Positions 49,278 through 59,443 of a stretch of DNA of 64,000 nt are shown in pieces. The DNA comes from Gammaproteobacteria bacterium. Its GTDB lineage: Bacteria > Pseudomonadota > Gammaproteobacteria > UBA5861. The notes beneath the pieces are model-generated. The model saw only the letters and a program-made list of their open reading frames with translations. It was not told where the DNA came from and did no database searches. The DNA lies in assembly GCA_022360445.1 (NCBI GenBank), contig JAKSCV010000073.1, forward strand, positions 657 through 64,656, written 5' to 3'. A program made the position numbers and the translations under genes. The stretch's first letter is position 1; each line of letters opens with the position of its first letter.

Positions 49278-52245
49278 AGCCTGGCACCTGTTTGCCATCA
49301 GCGCGCTTTATCTGGGGCTTTTGTTTGTTATCGCAACGGCCGCAGAAAAAAAGTGGCTGCCCGATGCACTGATTAAACACCCGCTGGTGTATACCTTGTC
49401 TTTGGGGGTATATGCCACATCCTGGACTTACTATGGCAGTGTGGGCCTGGCCGATCGTGAAGGCTACGCATTCCTTGGTGTCTACATGGGTTTGACGATT
49501 GCCTTTTTGGCCTCCCCGATTCTTTTGCGCCCAATACTTCGCCTTGTAAAAAAGTACCAATTGTCGTCGTTAGCGGACTTGCTGGCTTTTCGTTATAACA
49601 GCCAGTTAGCGGGGGTTTTGGTGACGCTTTTCATGCTGGCAGGGACCTTGCCGTACACCGCATTGCAGATTCAAGCGGTGACTGAATCGCTCAGAATATT
49701 GACGGGGGGTAATCAACCTTTGTTTCTATCGTTGGGCTTTTGTTTAACTATCAGTTTGTTCGCCATACTGTTTGGTTCACGACACGTGAGACCTCGAGAA
49801 AAACATGAGGGCCTGGTTGTGGCGATTGCCTTTGAATCCTTGGTTAAGTTGGCCGCCATTCTGGCGGTGGGGATTTATGCGGTCTTTGGTATTTTTGATG
49901 GGCCGGATGGCTTCTCAAACTGGGTCAGGAACAACCCGGCCGCAACGGAGGCTTTGATGCGGCCTATTCAGGAGGGGCCCTGGGCCACGATGTTGCTGCT
50001 TTCCTTTTCGGCTGCTTTTTTATTACCGCGGCAATTTCACATGATTTTTGTCGAAAACATCCGCTCTTCGAATTTGGACTATGCGAGTTGGGCGTTTCCC
50101 TTGTTTTTGCTGCTGCTTAATATCGCCATTCCTCCCATTTTGTGGGTGGGTCAATCCATGGACTTAAGTTATGGGCCTGACTTATACGTGCTTGGCGTTT
50201 CCATGCAAAGTCAGTCGGTTCTGTTGCCGGTGTTTGTTTTCATTGGGGGGATTTCGGCGGCCAGTGCCATGATTATTGTGACCTCAATTGCCTTGGCAAC
50301 CATGTGTTTGAACCACCTGTTCTTACCCTTAAGTTTTGCTCGGCAGACACGTAAGAAAGTTGACCTTTACCGCATGCTGATTGTCAGTAAAAGTCTGATT
50401 ATTTTACTGATTATTCTGGCCGGCTACGTATTTTATCTGTTCTTGCAAACACACCGCGAACTTGCGGATCTTGGCTTGATTTCATTTGTGGCCGTGGCTC
50501 AGTTCCTGCCGGCTATTTTCGGTTTATTATTCTGGAAGCGGGCGAGTCGCAGCGGTTTTATTGCCGGGTTGATTGTGGGCGGTACGATCTGGTTCTGTAC
50601 TCAGATTTTACCGTTGTTCACCCGTGCGGGTTGGATTGAAAACAATGTGCTCGAGTTGATTGTGGTGCCGATGAGCTCGACCACCAGTGCACTCTGGTCG
50701 TTGATATTTAATGGCCTGACGTTTGCCATTGTGTCCCTGTTGTTGCCGCAGAAGCGTGAGGAGGCTGAAGCGGCTGAGGCCTGCTTGAGCGATGATATTT
50801 ACCGGCCGCCCAGCCAGGTCGTGGCGGCATCGATTGAACAACTTGAGCAGCAGCTAGGGGGAGTGATCGGTGAATCCATGGCGAAAAAGGAAGTCGCACT
50901 GGCGTTGCGCGATCTTAATTTGGAGCGGGAGGTTCTGACGCGTAATGATCTTAATACGTTGCGTGTTCAGATTGGTCACAATCTGTCGGGGCTTTTAGGC
51001 CCAGTGATGTCATCTATGATTGTTAATGAAAACCTTCATGCGGATCACAGTGCGCAGGTCGCGATTGCGGATACGATCAAGTTTGTGGAAAGAAGCCTGG
51101 ACGATTCTCGCACAGAACTCAAAGCCATGGCAGGCGAGCTGGATGCACTCCGGCGTTTTCATCGGCAGGTGCTGCACGATTTACCGCTGGCAGTGGTGAC
51201 CATTAGCCCCGAATTAGAGGTTGTCAGTTGGAACGGCGCGATGCAAGTACTTTCGGGCAAAACAGAAGCCCAGGTGCTGGGGCTGCATATTAATGATCTG
51301 TCGCCTCCTTGGGGGCGTTTAATTGATGACTTTGTGCAAGGCTCTGAGCGGTTTATCCGGCAGCGTAAAATTTACGTTAAACAGCAAATGCTTATTCTGA
51401 ATTTGCATAAGTCGATTATATCCGGCCGACAGGACGACCCTCAAAAGCATGCGGGCGGTTACGTTGTTTTGATTGAGGATCACTCCGAAGTTTATCAATT
51501 GGAGTCTGAACTGGCACACAGCGAGCGGCTGGCGTCTATTGGCCAGTTGGCGACCGGGGTTGCTCACGAAATTGGCAATCCAGTGACGGGTATTGCGTGT
51601 CTTGCACAGGAAATTCAGGAAATGCCGAACGACAAGCAACTTATGAGAGAAGGTGTCAAAGGGATTTTGGAGCTGACCGATCGCATTAGCAAAATTGTGC
51701 AGTCATTGGTGAATTATAGCCATGTGGATCATGAAAACCCGGAGACACTAAAGCCGGTTAATCTGCGCGAGACTGTGGATCAGGCGATTAAACTGGTTTC
51801 ACTCAGCCACAAGGGTAAACGAATCCTCTACATCAATAACTGCCAGGAGGAAACTTGGGTCGTGGGCGACTCTCAGCAGTTGGCGCAAGTGTTTGTTATT
51901 CTTTTGAGCAATGCATGCGATGCGTCTGAAGAAAAATCGGAAGTGCGTATCGAAGAATCTCTTGACCGGCTTATTCATCAGCGGATAACAGTATCCGTGA
52001 TTGATCATGGGCGTGGTATCGAACCGTATGCGCTACAACGTATTTTTGACCCGTTTTACACCACCAAACAGGTGGGAGAAGGAACGGGCGTTGGGCTCTC
52101 CCTTGCCTATAGTATTTTGCAAAAACAGGGTGGTCAGATCAGCGTTAAAAGCCAGCTTGGGGAAGGCAGTGAGTTCATTCTCCAAATTCCCCAGGCTAAC
52201 AAACCCCCAAGGAATCTGTCGCATGACAAAGATTTTAATTGTTGA
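49267..52245 (+). CDS. cbrA: CbrA-type sensor histidine kinase: N-terminal SLC5 sodium/solute-symporter-like domain fused to PAS, HisKA and HATPase
   Basis: 992 aa. About 13 TM helices resembling a solute symporter. H-box LATGVAHEIGNP. A C-terminal ATPase domain. Confidence 0.85.
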   Translation: MRFEAWHLFAISALYLGLLFVIATAAEKKWLPDALIKHPLVYTLSLGVYATSWTYYGSVGLADREGYAFLGVYMGLTIAFLASPILLRPILRLVKKYQLSSLADLLAFRYNSQLAGVLVTLFMLAGTLPYTALQIQAVTESLRILTGGNQPLFLSLGFCLTISLFAILFGSRHVRPREKHEGLVVAIAFESLVKLAAILAVGIYAVFGIFDGPDGFSNWVRNNPAATEALMRPIQEGPWATMLLLSFSAAFLLPRQFHMIFVENIRSSNLDYASWAFPLFLLLLNIAIPPILWVGQSMDLSYGPDLYVLGVSMQSQSVLLPVFVFIGGISAASAMIIVTSIALATMCLNHLFLPLSFARQTRKKVDLYRMLIVSKSLIILLIILAGYVFYLFLQTHRELADLGLISFVAVAQFLPAIFGLLFWKRASRSGFIAGLIVGGTIWFCTQILPLFTRAGWIENNVLELIVVPMSSTTSALWSLIFNGLTFAIVSLLLPQKREEAEAAEACLSDDIYRPPSQVVAASIEQLEQQLGGVIGESMAKKEVALALRDLNLEREVLTRNDLNTLRVQIGHNLSGLLGPVMSSMIVNENLHADHSAQVAIADTIKFVERSLDDSRTELKAMAGELDALRRFHRQVLHDLPLAVVTISPELEVVSWNGAMQVLSGKTEAQVLGLHINDLSPPWGRLIDDFVQGSERFIRQRKIYVKQQMLILNLHKSIISGRQDDPQKHAGGYVVLIEDHSEVYQLESELAHSERLASIGQLATGVAHEIGNPVTGIACLAQEIQEMPNDKQLMREGVKGILELTDRISKIVQSLVNYSHVDHENPETLKPVNLRETVDQAIKLVSLSHKGKRILYINNCQEETWVVGDSQQLAQVFVILLSNACDASEEKSEVRIEESLDRLIHQRITVSVIDHGRGIEPYALQRIFDPFYTTKQVGEGTGVGLSLAYSILQKQGGQISVKSQLGEGSEFILQIPQANKPPRNLSHDKDFNC

Positions 52246-53554
52246 AGACGAGCCGGTCATACGTGAGAGCCTGATGCGCCTCTTGCAACGCAACCACTTT
52301 TCGGCCACCGCGGTGAGTGATGTTGCTGAGGCCGAAAAAGCGGGTTTAATGGGATTCGATTTGATCATTGCAGATATCCGGTTGCCTGGCGAGCCTGGCA
52401 CGGAGTTAATCGCTCGGGCAGCACCGGTTCCGGTCATGGTCATGACCAGTTATTCATCGGTCCAGTCCGCAGTTGATGCGATGAAACAAGGCGCGGTGGA
52501 TTACATTTCAAAACCATTTAATCATGAAGACATGATTTTGCAAGTCAAAAAAAATTTACAGCATCAAGACCTTAAACAGGAAAATGCCATTTTGAAGCGG
52601 GAGTTGACGCAACATTACCCCTTAAAAGGCCTTATTGGAAACAGTGCCTGCATGCAGCACGTGTATGACCGCATTGAACGTGTGGCCAGTACTGATACAC
52701 CGGTACTGATTCTTGGTGAAACGGGGACGGGTAAAGAGTTGGCGGCTAGAGCCATTCATGAGCGGAGTTTGCGCGCTGAGCATCCTATCGTATCTCTGAA
52801 CTGTGCCACTATTCCGGAAAACTTGATGGAATCGGAACTCTTTGGACATCAAAAAGGCGCATTTACATCCGCTTCACAACATCACAAAGGATTATTTGAA
52901 GCAGCAGATTCAGGCACGTTGTTTTTGGATGAGATTGGCGAATTGTCGCTGGAGGCTCAGGCCAAGTTGTTACGCGTGCTAGAAACGGGAGAAATCCGAC
53001 GTCTGGGCTCGGATAAAAATCAGCATGTCGATGTTCGATTAATTGCGGCCACTCACCGAAATTTACAGCAGATGGTAAGAGATCATGTGTTCCGTGAGGA
53101 TTTGTACTACCGTCTGCACGTATTGGACATTGTAATGCCGCCTTTGCGTGAACGTGGTCGGGACATTATCGAACTGGCAGAGACGATTCTAGTTAATATT
53201 TCTAAAAAATTTAACCGTAAACCGTATGCTTTCAGTGATGGAGCGTTATCACAATTGCAGCAGTATCACTGGCCTGGCAATGTCCGCGAATTACAAAATG
53301 TCATCGAACGGGCAATTTTACTCAGCAACAATCAAACCATCGGCTCCAATGAACTGGGTTTGCCCACTATGGCCGAAACGGGGCAGTCGGTGAAAGCTCC
53401 GGCGCTCTCGCTGGATGACTATTTGGTTGATTTTGTTACAAAAAATCAACACCACATGAGTGAAACACAGATGGCTGAATACCTGGGTATCAGCCGGAAA
53501 AGTCTGTGGGAAAAGCGCCAGCGCCTGAATATTCCCCGTACACTAAGAAAGTAG
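52223..53554 (+). CDS. cbrB: Sigma-54-dependent response regulator (REC, AAA+, HTH), CbrB/NtrC family
   Basis: Start MTKILIVEDEP at 52223, overlapping the cbrA 3' end by 23 nt. Motifs GETGTGKE and GAFTSA (GAFTGA variant). Confidence 0.85.
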   Translation: MTKILIVEDEPVIRESLMRLLQRNHFSATAVSDVAEAEKAGLMGFDLIIADIRLPGEPGTELIARAAPVPVMVMTSYSSVQSAVDAMKQGAVDYISKPFNHEDMILQVKKNLQHQDLKQENAILKRELTQHYPLKGLIGNSACMQHVYDRIERVASTDTPVLILGETGTGKELAARAIHERSLRAEHPIVSLNCATIPENLMESELFGHQKGAFTSASQHHKGLFEAADSGTLFLDEIGELSLEAQAKLLRVLETGEIRRLGSDKNQHVDVRLIAATHRNLQQMVRDHVFREDLYYRLHVLDIVMPPLRERGRDIIELAETILVNISKKFNRKPYAFSDGALSQLQQYHWPGNVRELQNVIERAILLSNNQTIGSNELGLPTMAETGQSVKAPALSLDDYLVDFVTKNQHHMSETQMAEYLGISRKSLWEKRQRLNIPRTLRK

Positions 53555-53725
53555 CCGGAGGGCCCCTCCCACGGTTCTGTCGCCGCTTTCTTCTCGCACT
53601 TTAACTCGTATGGTTTTCAAAGATGGGATATGGCTTTAAGGAACCTGTCAGCAAAGCCGCTATTACCCTAGTCACAAGAGTATTTCTCATCATTGATTGA
53701 AAAACACAGGTTAAAACAGAATGAC

Positions 53726-55102
53726 ATGAATTTTTCTGACATGTCGAAAGAGGCGCTACTGGATGAACTCAATCGTCTTCGTAACGAAATCCAGGAAGCT
53801 GACATGAAAAAAGCCCAACTAGGTTCTTTGGTTGCGGCCCAGGCACGGATGCAGGCCTTACTCCATCACGCGTCCGATGCTGTCATCCAGGTGAGTGGTG
53901 TGGATGAAACGATCCAGTCGCTTAACCTCGTGGCTTTACGGGTCTTTGGTTATGAAGAAATGGAGTTGCTGTATCGGCCTATTACAGAACTTATTCCCAT
54001 ACCACCTCAATACAGTGGGTTGTTGCCGTATCTCGAAGATATCGTACAGAGCAATGCAGACTCTGACAGCGAAAAAAGGCCGATTGTCGGGTTAACAAAA
54101 AAAGGCGCCATTGTTTACCTTCAGGTCGCGGTGGCTAAAGCCAGCTGTGATGATATGACGCTCTTTGAAGACAGTGTGGTGGAGTATGTCGAAGAGGGTG
54201 AAGCTGAAACCGAGAGCTATTTGTGCATCATTCGAGACGTTTCTGAGGAGCGCCGTATTCTGCACGAACTCAAGCTGCATCGTGATCAGTTAAATACCAT
54301 GGTTTCTGCCCGCACAAAAGATCTGGAGGCCGAACGTCAAAAGGCGGAGAAAGCCAGTCGCGCTAAAACAGAGTTTCTAGCGAATATGTCTCACGAACTG
54401 CGCACCCCTATGCATGCTATTTTGAGTTTTGCCGAAATGGGTCAAGCGCGGATCGATAAAGTGTCTGCCGAACGGCTTAGTTATTATTTTCAACGTATTG
54501 ATGAAAGCGGGCGCCGTTTACTCGGTTTGATTAACGATTTACTGGATGTTTCGAAGGCCGAAGCAGGGAAAATGGAGCTTATTTATTCAGAGACAAATAT
54601 TGTCCAGCTGGTTGATAGTGTTCGCGCTGAATTTGAAGGTTTATTTCTCAATAAAGCCCTTACGTTTACTTTGAGCGTTGATCAGGCGTGCCCTACATGT
54701 ATTTCACTGGACCGAGATAAAATTTTACACGTGTTACAGAATCTCCTGTCCAATGCGGTTAAATTCAGCGTGCAGGAAGGGGATATCAAAGTGATCATCC
54801 AGCCTGAAGAGCGTTATCTTAAAACAAAGACCAAGAGTCAGGAAAAGCAGAGGCAAGAGGGTATTTCGATTTCAGTGTCCGATATGGGCGTGGGTATTCC
54901 CGATGCCGAATTAGGCCTGATCTTTAGCAAATTTGTTCAGTCCAGTCAGACAAAAGATGGCTCTGGCGGCACCGGCCTGGGCCTTGCCATCGTGAAAACT
55001 TATGTGGAACTTCATGGAGGTTATGTCGCGGCGGCCAATAATCCTCAAGGAGGGGCCGTGTTTACCTTCTGGTTACCCTGTCGGCCATTATCTCAGCCGT
55101 AA
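53726..55102 (+). CDS. Soluble sensor histidine kinase (coiled coil, PAS, HisKA, HATPase) with no receiver domain and no adjacent cognate response regulator
   Basis: HELRTPMHAILSFAEM H-box and G1/G2 boxes. First in-frame ATG at 53726. The ORF-track start codon is TTG. Confidence 0.75.
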   Translation: MNFSDMSKEALLDELNRLRNEIQEADMKKAQLGSLVAAQARMQALLHHASDAVIQVSGVDETIQSLNLVALRVFGYEEMELLYRPITELIPIPPQYSGLLPYLEDIVQSNADSDSEKRPIVGLTKKGAIVYLQVAVAKASCDDMTLFEDSVVEYVEEGEAETESYLCIIRDVSEERRILHELKLHRDQLNTMVSARTKDLEAERQKAEKASRAKTEFLANMSHELRTPMHAILSFAEMGQARIDKVSAERLSYYFQRIDESGRRLLGLINDLLDVSKAEAGKMELIYSETNIVQLVDSVRAEFEGLFLNKALTFTLSVDQACPTCISLDRDKILHVLQNLLSNAVKFSVQEGDIKVIIQPEERYLKTKTKSQEKQRQEGISISVSDMGVGIPDAELGLIFSKFVQSSQTKDGSGGTGLGLAIVKTYVELHGGYVAAANNPQGGAVFTFWLPCRPLSQP

Positions 55103-55198
55103 AATTCTCAATTCTCCTCCCGGGTCACTTGTCATGCTGAGTTGCTTATAACGGTCCAAACGTTGACAATCAGGCTGTGTCGATCAAGCCATTCAAAC

Positions 55199-56083
55199 AT
55201 GATGAAAACAAAAGTTGCTTTTATTGGGTTGGGCGTCATGGGTTCTCCCATGGCAGGCCACTTATCTGCCGGTGAATATCCAATTACCGTGTATAACCGT
55301 ACAGCGAGTAAGGCAACAGCCTGGACCCGCGCCTACAAAGGCGAACAAGCCGCGACACCTGCACTTGCAGCTAAGGATGCAGATGTTGTGATGGTCTGTG
55401 TCGGTAATGATGACGATTTAAGAAGCGTTACCCTCGGTGAAGAGGGCGTATTGGCTGGAATGAAGGCCGGTGCTTTACTGGTTGACCACACCACAGCCTC
55501 GGCTGATGTGGCTCGTCAATTGGACAAACTGTGTCAGGCCAGGGAAATTGGTTTTTTGGATGCGCCAGTGTCAGGTGGGCAAGCCGGTGCCGAGAATGGC
55601 GTGTTAACAGTTATGGTGGGAGGGCAAGCTGATCATTTTACCAAGGCAGAGCCGGTGATTTCGTGTTATGCCCGCTCCATTCGTTTGATGGGTCCTGTGG
55701 GTAGTGGGCAGCTGACAAAAATGGTCAACCAAATATGCATTGGTGGTTTGGTTCAAGCGCTCTCAGAGGGTTTGCATTTCGCAAAATCAGCCGGCCTGGA
55801 TCCCCATGCGGTGGTTGACGTTATCTCAAAAGGCGCAGCACAATCGTGGCAGATGGAAAACCGGTACAAAACCATGCTGGCTAATGAGTACGATCATGGG
55901 TTTGCCGTTCAATGGATGCGCAAAGATCTGGATATTGTCCTCAATGAAGCCCGTCGCCAGGGTGTGAGCTTGCCGGTGACAGCGCTGGTGGATCAGTTTT
56001 ACGCCGAGGTTGAAGCGCTGGGTGGCGAACGTTGGGACACCTCAAGTCTACTGGCGAGACTGGAATCATTTAAGAAAGACTAA
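55199..56083 (+). CDS. NAD(P)-dependent 3-hydroxyisobutyrate dehydrogenase-family oxidoreductase
   Basis: VAFIGLGVMGSPMAGHL Rossmann motif. Start at ATG 55199/55202. Confidence 0.8.
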   Translation: MMKTKVAFIGLGVMGSPMAGHLSAGEYPITVYNRTASKATAWTRAYKGEQAATPALAAKDADVVMVCVGNDDDLRSVTLGEEGVLAGMKAGALLVDHTTASADVARQLDKLCQAREIGFLDAPVSGGQAGAENGVLTVMVGGQADHFTKAEPVISCYARSIRLMGPVGSGQLTKMVNQICIGGLVQALSEGLHFAKSAGLDPHAVVDVISKGAAQSWQMENRYKTMLANEYDHGFAVQWMRKDLDIVLNEARRQGVSLPVTALVDQFYAEVEALGGERWDTSSLLARLESFKKD

Positions 56084-56381
56084 GGCAACGTGCGATGTTC
56101 GATAAACCTCAGTACCATCCAGCCACTTTAGACGCGTTGCTTCGTTTGCTTCGTGAACAACTAGGGGCGCCTAATGACCATCCGTACTGTGTGTGAGCAA
56201 TACGCAAAAGGTGAGTTCTGACATACGCTTTACCCACTCGATCCGGTTGCTTTCTCTTGCTCTACGGAGGAAATGGCGCGGATCGTCAATCGATGCCATG
56301 AGATAAAAGTGCCCGCTACCTCTTTAAGCCTTCCATTGATCCACTCAATATCATGAACACCGGTAAGACAGTGGCTGTTTG

Positions 56382-57302
56382 ATGATGAGTGTAGATTCAA
56401 AGGTCTTACAAGTAGAGGAGTGCGTCGACCTTTTTTTGGATAAGCTTTGGACCGAGCGGGGCTTGAGCCGTCATACGCTGGCTGCGTATCGATCTGACTT
56501 GATGATATTTCAGCGCTGGTTGAATTGCCATAATCAGAATCTGCTCGATGCGGATGGTGTCGCCATTCAACAGTTTTTTGCCGCTCGTCTTGATCAAAAA
56601 CACAGTGTGCGAAGTATCGCCAGAACGCTGTCCACCTTACGCCGTTTTTATCAGACGATGGTGCAGGAAAAGCATCTTTCTGAAGATCCTACTCGGCTTA
56701 TTGATGCGCCCAAACTTGGCCGTAAACTCCCCAAAACAGTAACAGAAACCGATGTTGATTTACTGCTTACCGCCCCTGATGTATTAGAACCACTCGGGCT
56801 GCGCAACAAGGCGATGATGGAGTTGATATACGCTTGTGGTCTGCGTGTCAGCGAATTAGTCGAATTGACGATCGCGCAGGTTAATCTTCGTGCAGGTGTT
56901 GTGCGCGTGATGGGAAAAGGCAGTCGGGAACGTGTGGTCCCCATGGGGGAAGAAGCACTCGACTGGGTTGAACGTTATTTTCGCTGTGCTCGTTCAAGCC
57001 TGTTAAACGACCAGCATGCTAAGACAGAACAATTTTTTGTGACGCGTCGCGGTGGGGGCATGACCCGCCAGGCATTTTGGCACATTATTAAGCGCTATGC
57101 AGTGGAAGCGGGAATTAACAAACCTTTGTCACCTCACACACTCAGGCACGCTTTTGCCACCCATCTTGTCAATCACCATGCAGATTTGAGAGTGGTACAG
57201 ATGCTGCTGGGCCACAGTGACCTGTCAACCACGCAAATTTATACGCATGTGGCGAATGAACGTTTAAAAAGTATCCATCAGTCACATCATCCTCGTGGTT
57301 AA
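56382..57302 (+). CDS. xerD: Site-specific tyrosine recombinase XerD
   Basis: LAAYRSDL and a C-terminal catalytic RHRY-type region (HTLRHAFATHLV...Y). ATG at 56382/56385 follows a TTG. Confidence 0.85.
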   Translation: MMSVDSKVLQVEECVDLFLDKLWTERGLSRHTLAAYRSDLMIFQRWLNCHNQNLLDADGVAIQQFFAARLDQKHSVRSIARTLSTLRRFYQTMVQEKHLSEDPTRLIDAPKLGRKLPKTVTETDVDLLLTAPDVLEPLGLRNKAMMELIYACGLRVSELVELTIAQVNLRAGVVRVMGKGSRERVVPMGEEALDWVERYFRCARSSLLNDQHAKTEQFFVTRRGGGMTRQAFWHIIKRYAVEAGINKPLSPHTLRHAFATHLVNHHADLRVVQMLLGHSDLSTTQIYTHVANERLKSIHQSHHPRG

Positions 57303-57596
57303 AAAAAATAACTTGTCAGTATGTTTTTACGATAGATGGTTGTTTTGTTTTCCTAAATAAAGACCTATCTGGATTAAATTTCTTACCCATAACTCCCAAT
57401 TTTAATGTTGATCCTGTTAATGATAGCGGTTAATGTACGCTGCTAAGCGCTTTTGCCTGTTTGAATAAGTCATAGGTGCTTAACTAATAAAATGGCTGCG
57501 ATCCATACTTTTAATTAGGCAGATATGCCGAGGGGTTTGAGACCTCATTTATGGGCGGCAGCCGGTAAACATCAAATAATGTTCTGAGGAAATGTT

Positions 57597-58709
57597 ATGC
57601 GTACTCCGAGACGACTGAGTTTTATGATGGCGGCGTTGGGGCTGGTTTTAGTAGCCTCTGCATCTGCTGCAACGAAGATCAATTTTGCAGCCTATGTGCC
57701 GGCTAAGCACATTGTGATGCAAGATGTGCTGATTCCCTTTTTTAATGACGTGGAAAAGGTAACCAACGGTTCCATTACCTTTAAATTGCACGCCGGTGGC
57801 TCGCTGGCCAGTGGCAAGGGGTCATTGGCCGCTGTACGTGATGGGCTGGCTGAAGGTGCGCTCCTGGTTGACTTGTATACGCCAAAAGAGCTGGCGGCAA
57901 TCGGTATGGTCAGCGGGCTGGCGATGCTGGGTACAGACCCACGGGTCATGTCGGCTGCTTCGAATGAAATGATGCTACTCAGTTGCCCCGAGTGTTTAAA
58001 GTCCTACCAACGCCACAATGTAACGCCCTTGGCGTTTTATTCAACCTCGGCCTATAAGCTCATGTGCCGAGAGCCGGTTAAGTCTATCGAAGACATCAAA
58101 GGGCGAAAAATCAGAGCCGTAGGTCCCTACGGTATCTGGGCGAAAGAGTTAGGTGCCGTGCCGGTACGGATTAATAGTGCAGAAGGGTATGAAGCACTTG
58201 AGCGCGGTCAGCTTGACTGCTTAGTTGGGTCACTGGCTTGGCTAAAATCCTATTCGTATTGGGATGTTGTGAAACATGTTGTAGATTTTCCCCTAGGTAC
58301 CTACCATGCCGCATTGTTTTTTGATCTACGTACGGATGTTTGGGAAGGCCTGAGTAAGGAAGAGAAGAAAGTCATTATTGATCGTATTCCAGCTATGCTC
58401 GCGCGCGCAGCTAATTTGTATCTGGAGCTTGATGAGGGCATCAAAAAGACGGGGGCGGCTGAGCATGGTCTTCAGTTTGCTGATCCTGATCCAAAATTGA
58501 TCGAAATGATGAAAGCGCATCAGCAAAAAGAAATCAAACGGGTTGCTGCACAAGGCGACAAACGAAAAGTTAAGAATGCTGAAGAGATCGTCAATACCTA
58601 CCTGGAAAAGGTGAAGAAATGGGAAAAAATCGTTGCTGAAACCGGTGACGATGAGGCCAAATTCACCGAAGCACTGCGCCAGGAAATCTTCAGTAAAATC
58701 CAGTACTGA
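57597..58709 (+). CDS. dctP: TRAP transporter substrate-binding protein (DctP family)
   Basis: Signal peptide. DctP-like sequence. Followed by dctQ and dctM. Confidence 0.8.
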   Translation: MRTPRRLSFMMAALGLVLVASASAATKINFAAYVPAKHIVMQDVLIPFFNDVEKVTNGSITFKLHAGGSLASGKGSLAAVRDGLAEGALLVDLYTPKELAAIGMVSGLAMLGTDPRVMSAASNEMMLLSCPECLKSYQRHNVTPLAFYSTSAYKLMCREPVKSIEDIKGRKIRAVGPYGIWAKELGAVPVRINSAEGYEALERGQLDCLVGSLAWLKSYSYWDVVKHVVDFPLGTYHAALFFDLRTDVWEGLSKEEKKVIIDRIPAMLARAANLYLELDEGIKKTGAAEHGLQFADPDPKLIEMMKAHQQKEIKRVAAQGDKRKVKNAEEIVNTYLEKVKKWEKIVAETGDDEAKFTEALRQEIFSKIQY

Positions 58710-58726
58710 TCATCTCCGGTCACTCA

Positions 58727-58757
58727 ATTATGATTCGTTGCGCTTGTTTTACCTGAG
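58727..58757 (+). other. Intercistronic stem-loop (GTTGCGCTTG-N11-CAAGTGCAAC) between dctP and dctQ. No T-tract.
   Basis: Inverted repeat seen directly. It is typical of binding-protein/permease differential-expression hairpins. Confidence 0.3.
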
Positions 58758-58831
58758 CAAGTGCAACGGGATTTACATTTAGTCATTGAGCTAACAATTC
58801 TATTAAAAGTGGAGTTAGCCAGGAGCTTGCA

Positions 58832-59353
58832 ATGAAATTTATCGAAGCACCGATCAAGTGGCTTAGCTTCGTATTGATGCTCATTGGTGGCGCAGCCATG
58901 TTGTTGATGATGGTGCAAATCACAGCTGACGTTTTCATGAAGCATTTTTTTGATCAGCCCATTACCGGCACGCTCGAGGTCGTCTCATTTTATTACATGA
59001 CGGGTATTATTTTTCTGCCCTTCGCGTATATACAGCTTAAGCGGGGTCACATTGTTGTCGAATTGATCGCGCAGAAGATGACACCAAAAGGCCAGCTGAT
59101 CAGCCAATGTTTTACCGATATTCTGTTATTAATCTTCCTCCTGCTTTATGTCAGCAGCAGTTATGAAATGGCTGTTTTCAAGATGGGGTTTGATGAGGCG
59201 GTCGAAATTGCTGAAGATGATTTCAGTATTTGGCCTGCCCGGTGGTTTCTCCCTCTGGGCGGTGCAATCATGATTGTCGTCGTGATCTTGCAACTGCTTC
59301 GAAACCTGCCTTACTTATTTAACGGCAGGTTGCCTGAGTCCGGTATCTCCTGA
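58832..59353 (+). CDS. dctQ: TRAP transporter small permease (DctQ)
   Basis: 173 aa, four TM helices. Confidence 0.8.
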   Translation: MKFIEAPIKWLSFVLMLIGGAAMLLMMVQITADVFMKHFFDQPITGTLEVVSFYYMTGIIFLPFAYIQLKRGHIVVELIAQKMTPKGQLISQCFTDILLLIFLLLYVSSSYEMAVFKMGFDEAVEIAEDDFSIWPARWFLPLGGAIMIVVVILQLLRNLPYLFNGRLPESGIS

Positions 59354-59443
59354 TTATTCATCATAAAAATAGACTCGCTTGAAGCTAGCAAAGAGATTAG
59401 CCAGAGCGACTTAAATTACTAAAACTGGAATGGATGGTGTCGT

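Noticed and set aside
52001-52222. ORF-track N-terminal extension of cbrB
   Set aside because: It overlaps the CbrA ATPase domain in another frame. The receiver domain begins at MTKILIVEDE (52223).
53370-53385. tGGccgaaacggGGCa, matching the GG-N10-GC core of sigma-54 promoters
   Set aside because: It lies about 170 nt inside the cbrB coding region. Positions -24/-12 otherwise deviate (CG for AC, GG for TT). No UAS is nearby. It is most likely a chance match rather than a crcZ-type promoter.
56095-56199. 34-codon ORF (MFDKPQYHP...) in the 298-bp gap upstream of xerD
   Set aside because: No convincing RBS and no recognisable family. It may be a remnant of the gene that normally precedes xerD. 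Not reported as a CDS.
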